DNA of 64,000 nucleotides, from positions 563,927 through 627,926 of the forward strand of contig CAJODL010000001.1 in assembly GCA_905233165.1 (NCBI GenBank). Direction: 5' to 3'. The notes under the pieces were generated by a model. It was given only the letters and a program-made list of their open reading frames with translations, did not search any database and was not told the DNA's origin. Of this stretch, positions 61,451 through 64,000 are shown one piece after another. The position numbers were made by a program, and so were the translations under genes. Positions within the stretch are counted from its first letter, which is position 1. Every line of letters starts with the position of its first letter. This stretch comes from an uncultured Prevotella sp. Lineage in GTDB: Bacteria > Bacteroidota > Bacteroidia > Bacteroidales > Bacteroidaceae.

Positions 61451-62532
61451 TTCCCTCTAATAACCGGCTTTCCATCCTGGAATTCTATTGGTAGCCAGAT
61501 ATAGCGTGCATCGCTCGGATGTCTTGGACGCCAAATGTCTGCCATGAAGATGTATCCATCCTGATAGGGTAGGATAAAGGTGCTTTGTCCACCAAATGTA
61601 ATCTCCGCCTTAGGTCCGACGCACGGATTCGGATGCTGCGTCCAAGGTCCCCAGATGCTGGTAGCAGAGAACATACGGGCCTCATTGGGCTTCCACCCCG
61701 TACAGCCAGAGGTAATCATCCAGTACGTACCGTCTTTCTTGAATATAGCGGGAGCCTCATTGTGCCCTGCAGGAGCAATGCGCGTATAGCGACCCGAATG
61801 GTGAAGATAGTCATCGGTCAATTCTGCGACGTGCAGAGTAAGGTTTTCTTCAGACGAGAAGATATGATAAGCCTTGCCGTCATCATCTACATACAGAGTC
61901 ATATCGCGCGACATCTGTCCTGACTTAAAGTCACGTTTTATGAAGAGCCCCTTTTTGACAGCCTCCAACCATTCAGGCGTCCATGACTCCTTGTAGTCAG
62001 AAGGATTAAGGGCATTGAGGGCAGCAATCTCTGCTTCGCCAAATTCTATGGGAAATTTACCGGCATTAGCCCGTTGTGAATACAAAAAAGAGTAGGGGCC
62101 TTCTGGCTTGTCGCTGACGGCAACACCATAGCGGGCAGCATTATATCCCTTGCCCTTGAGCTCAAGGTGGAACCACATGCAGAATTTCCCTGTCATCTTG
62201 TTATATATCACCTTCGGACGTTCCAGGATGCAGCCACGTTCTATGTCGTGCCCCTTCTCGTCAACCACCGATAGTGCAACGCCGCAGTTACGCCAGTTAC
62301 GAAGGTCCTTCGAAGCATAGCACATAACCCCCACCAACGCATCAGAGGTATGGTCAGACTTATGCTCACCAAACCAGTAGTAAGTATCGTTATACTTTAG
62401 GATTCCCCCACCATGAGCGTTGATATGATTCCCGTCAGTATCCGGCCATATCTCACCATAATGATAAATACTATCCTCTCCCCACGTCACCATTGACGTC
62501 ACAGTCATCAACAGAAAAAGAAGCAATCGCAT
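61447..62532 (-). CDS. glycoside hydrolase family 43
   Basis: Signal peptide. Five-bladed-propeller-type blocks (INAHGGGIL..N.TYYWFGE, RPKVIYN, YHIFSSEEN, EAPAIFK.DGTYWMITSGCTGW). Confidence 0.8.
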   Translation of the reverse strand: MRLLLFLLMTVTSMVTWGEDSIYHYGEIWPDTDGNHINAHGGGILKYNDTYYWFGEHKSDHTSDALVGVMCYASKDLRNWRNCGVALSVVDEKGHDIERGCILERPKVIYNKMTGKFCMWFHLELKGKGYNAARYGVAVSDKPEGPYSFLYSQRANAGKFPIEFGEAEIAALNALNPSDYKESWTPEWLEAVKKGLFIKRDFKSGQMSRDMTLYVDDDGKAYHIFSSEENLTLHVAELTDDYLHHSGRYTRIAPAGHNEAPAIFKKDGTYWMITSGCTGWKPNEARMFSATSIWGPWTQHPNPCVGPKAEITFGGQSTFILPYQDGYIFMADIWRPRHPSDARYIWLPIEFQDGKPVIRGK

Positions 62533-62569
62533 AATGTAAACGGTATAAATAGTAAATAACTTCAGTGCA

Positions 62570-62577
62570 CAAAGATA
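62570..62577 (-). promoter_or_regulatory. -7 box (TAtcTTTG, minus strand) for GH43
   Basis: caaagata on the plus strand, 38 nt upstream of the start at 62532. Confidence 0.4.
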
Positions 62578-62651
62578 GGTATTTCTATTAAGGTACTAAA
62601 AAATAATTGTGAATATTTTTCGTTTTCGTTTTGGTTTTCGGATATTTTTAC

Positions 62652-62659
62652 TATTTTTG
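62652..62659 (+). promoter_or_regulatory. -7 box (TAttTTTG) for the DUF2271 gene
   Basis: tatttttg lies 41 nt upstream of ATG 62700. Confidence 0.4.
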
Positions 62660-62699
62660 CGGCAGAAAGTGTAACACAACCCAAACAAAAGTAAACAAA

Positions 62700-63293
62700 A
62701 TGAAACAGAAGAATTATCTTATTTCTGTACTCACAGCCATATTGCTGATGGTACCCACAATGGTTCAGGCACAATCAAAGGGCAATGCAAAGACCCTCGA
62801 AGTATCGTTCGACTACCAGAAGCAACCAGGTCCTGGTTCTAACCAGTATGCTGTATGGATAGAAAATGAGAAAGGTGACGTTGTAAAAACACTTTTCGTC
62901 ACATCCTATACCACAAAGGGACGAGTACGTGGAAATGAACAACCTATGCGCGGCTATGTCAAGCGCCCTAACTGCGTGCCTACATGGGTAAAAGCCTCAA
63001 AAGCCAGTGAGAAGACCGACCAAGAACTTGATGCCGTAACAGGAGCAACACCACAGGCAGGAGGAAAGCAGACATTTTCTTGGGACTTTACCGACCAGCA
63101 AGGTAAGAAGGTAAAAGATGGTAAATACTGCGTAAAAGTAGAAGCAACACTATATCAGGCAAGCACCATCCTCTATACAGGTAACTTCTCAACAAAAGAC
63201 AAGGCTGGCAACATCCCCCTCACATCAACACTCACAGAACCAGCCGAAAACCATAAAGACATGATTACAGCAGTACAAGCAGTACTGAAGTAA
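62700..63293 (+). CDS. DUF2271-like secreted protein
   Basis: Signal peptide from ATG 62700. YAVWIENEKGDVVKTLFV...DAVTGATPQAG...WDFTDQQGKKVKDGKY pattern recalled from DUF2271. Confidence 0.6.
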   Translation: MKQKNYLISVLTAILLMVPTMVQAQSKGNAKTLEVSFDYQKQPGPGSNQYAVWIENEKGDVVKTLFVTSYTTKGRVRGNEQPMRGYVKRPNCVPTWVKASKASEKTDQELDAVTGATPQAGGKQTFSWDFTDQQGKKVKDGKYCVKVEATLYQASTILYTGNFSTKDKAGNIPLTSTLTEPAENHKDMITAVQAVLK

Positions 63294-63296
63294 AAG

Positions 63297-63357
63297 GCTT
63301 AGTAGCTTAATAGCTTACGGCTTACAGCTTACGGCTTAAGAGTTCAAAGTTCAATGG
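63297..63357. repeat. 7/8-bp-period tract (gcttagta gcttaata gcttacg gcttaca gcttacg gcttaag agttcaa agttcaa)
   Basis: Read directly; lies after the DUF2271 gene stop. Confidence 0.8.
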
Positions 63358-63380
63358 CGTGGGATGTTTTTCATCCTGCG

Positions 63381-63471
63381 CCATTACTCTACACTCTACA
63401 CTCTACACTTTTAAAACTTACCCTTCACCATTAACCATTCACCATTCACCTCTCACCTCTAACCACCAACG
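63381..63471. repeat. 13-heptad tract (tctacac x3 ... attcacc x2 tctcacc tctaacc) at and into the esterase 3' end
   Basis: In-register 7-mers. The last about 26 bp lie inside the CDS. Confidence 0.85.
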
Positions 63472-64000
63472 GCACATACCATTCCTTCACCTCCTCTGCT
63501 GTTGGCGTATGTCCTCCCGGGAAGTGGAACGAATGGCTGTAGTATTTCAGGAACAGCGGTTCAAAGTGGGCTAAGGTATCCTTCTCCCCAAAAATCCCCC
63601 AGATGAGGTCACGCATTTCCGGTCTCCATGCATCGAACTGTATCGCCTCCAGTTTCTCAAATTCCTTTATCAACGCCTCGTCGATGACAAAGTTCTGGTT
63701 CCCGTTCTTTCGTGGCGACTTATACTGATGCTCCCCGATGCGCTCCTTCAGGAACTCCGTCATCCGGAAGTGCGGATTCCCTAATAGCGCCGGCATTCCC
63801 AGCTCCGATGCCACCATCTGTGCATAAAACGAACCGCAGCTGTTCCCCACAAGAATATCAGGTTTCTCATCAGAGATAATCTGTTTTATCATCACTAACG
63901 CCTCCTTCGGATGCAGTGGCAAGTCTGGAGACAACACCACAGCCCTCCCATCCAACGCATCGCGCAACGCATTAGCAGGCACACACTGCCCACTCGCAAA
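63446..64000 (-). CDS. YqiA/UPF0227-like alpha/beta-hydrolase esterase; N-terminal ~16 codons lie beyond the window end
   Basis: The reading frame runs off the window (…FASGQCVPANAL…). GNSCGSFYA nucleophile-elbow-like motif. The missing N-terminus is visible in the ghost copy at 60631-60675. Confidence 0.7.
   Translation of the reverse strand, partial: FASGQCVPANALRDALDGRAVVLSPDLPLHPKEALVMIKQIISDEKPDILVGNSCGSFYAQMVASELGMPALLGNPHFRMTEFLKERIGEHQYKSPRKNGNQNFVIDEALIKEFEKLEAIQFDAWRPEMRDLIWGIFGEKDTLAHFEPLFLKYYSHSFHFPGGHTPTAEEVKEWYVPLVVRGER

Overview
This 64-kb chromosomal segment looks like a Bacteroidota genome, probably Prevotella/Segatella-like. That is an inference from gene content, recurrent TAnnTTTG -7 promoter boxes and the lack of obvious Shine-Dalgarno sites. 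No database search was run, and all family names come from motifs read by eye.

Layout:
- 1-4.3 kb: pepP fragment, folP, cdaA, pta, ackA.
- 5.8-17 kb: surface-polysaccharide locus with GT4, two paralogous polytopic membrane proteins, Wzx, GT2, GT14, LicD and a CDP-alditol-type activation set.
- 17-25 kb: GH28, then the conserved murI, three skp/ompH genes, bamA and uppS envelope cluster.
- 26-31.6 kb: housekeeping genes.
- 31.6-35.2 kb: a 1211-aa GT2 / DUF4922 (HIT-like) / SpoIID fusion.
- 35.25-48.07 kb: a visibly AT-richer 12.8-kb island bounded by a perfect 76-bp inverted repeat next to tRNA-Gln. It carries an HU-like gene, an iteron-like candidate origin, a primase-helicase, small lysis-like genes, and a non-canonical restriction/defence-like gene pair. 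That pair is a 350-aa partner plus a 1304-aa T5orf172 / SF2 helicase / N6A-methyltransferase fusion.
- 48-64 kb: OMP, nhaC, rsfS-ftsH-cdsA, GH127, lolD-like, GH43, DUF2271 and an esterase.

The most unusual non-genic signal is more than 20 tracts of tandem 'words' with a 7-bp period. They fill whole intergenic spacers in register, follow a strand-polarity rule relative to the flanking genes, and in several places run into coding sequence.
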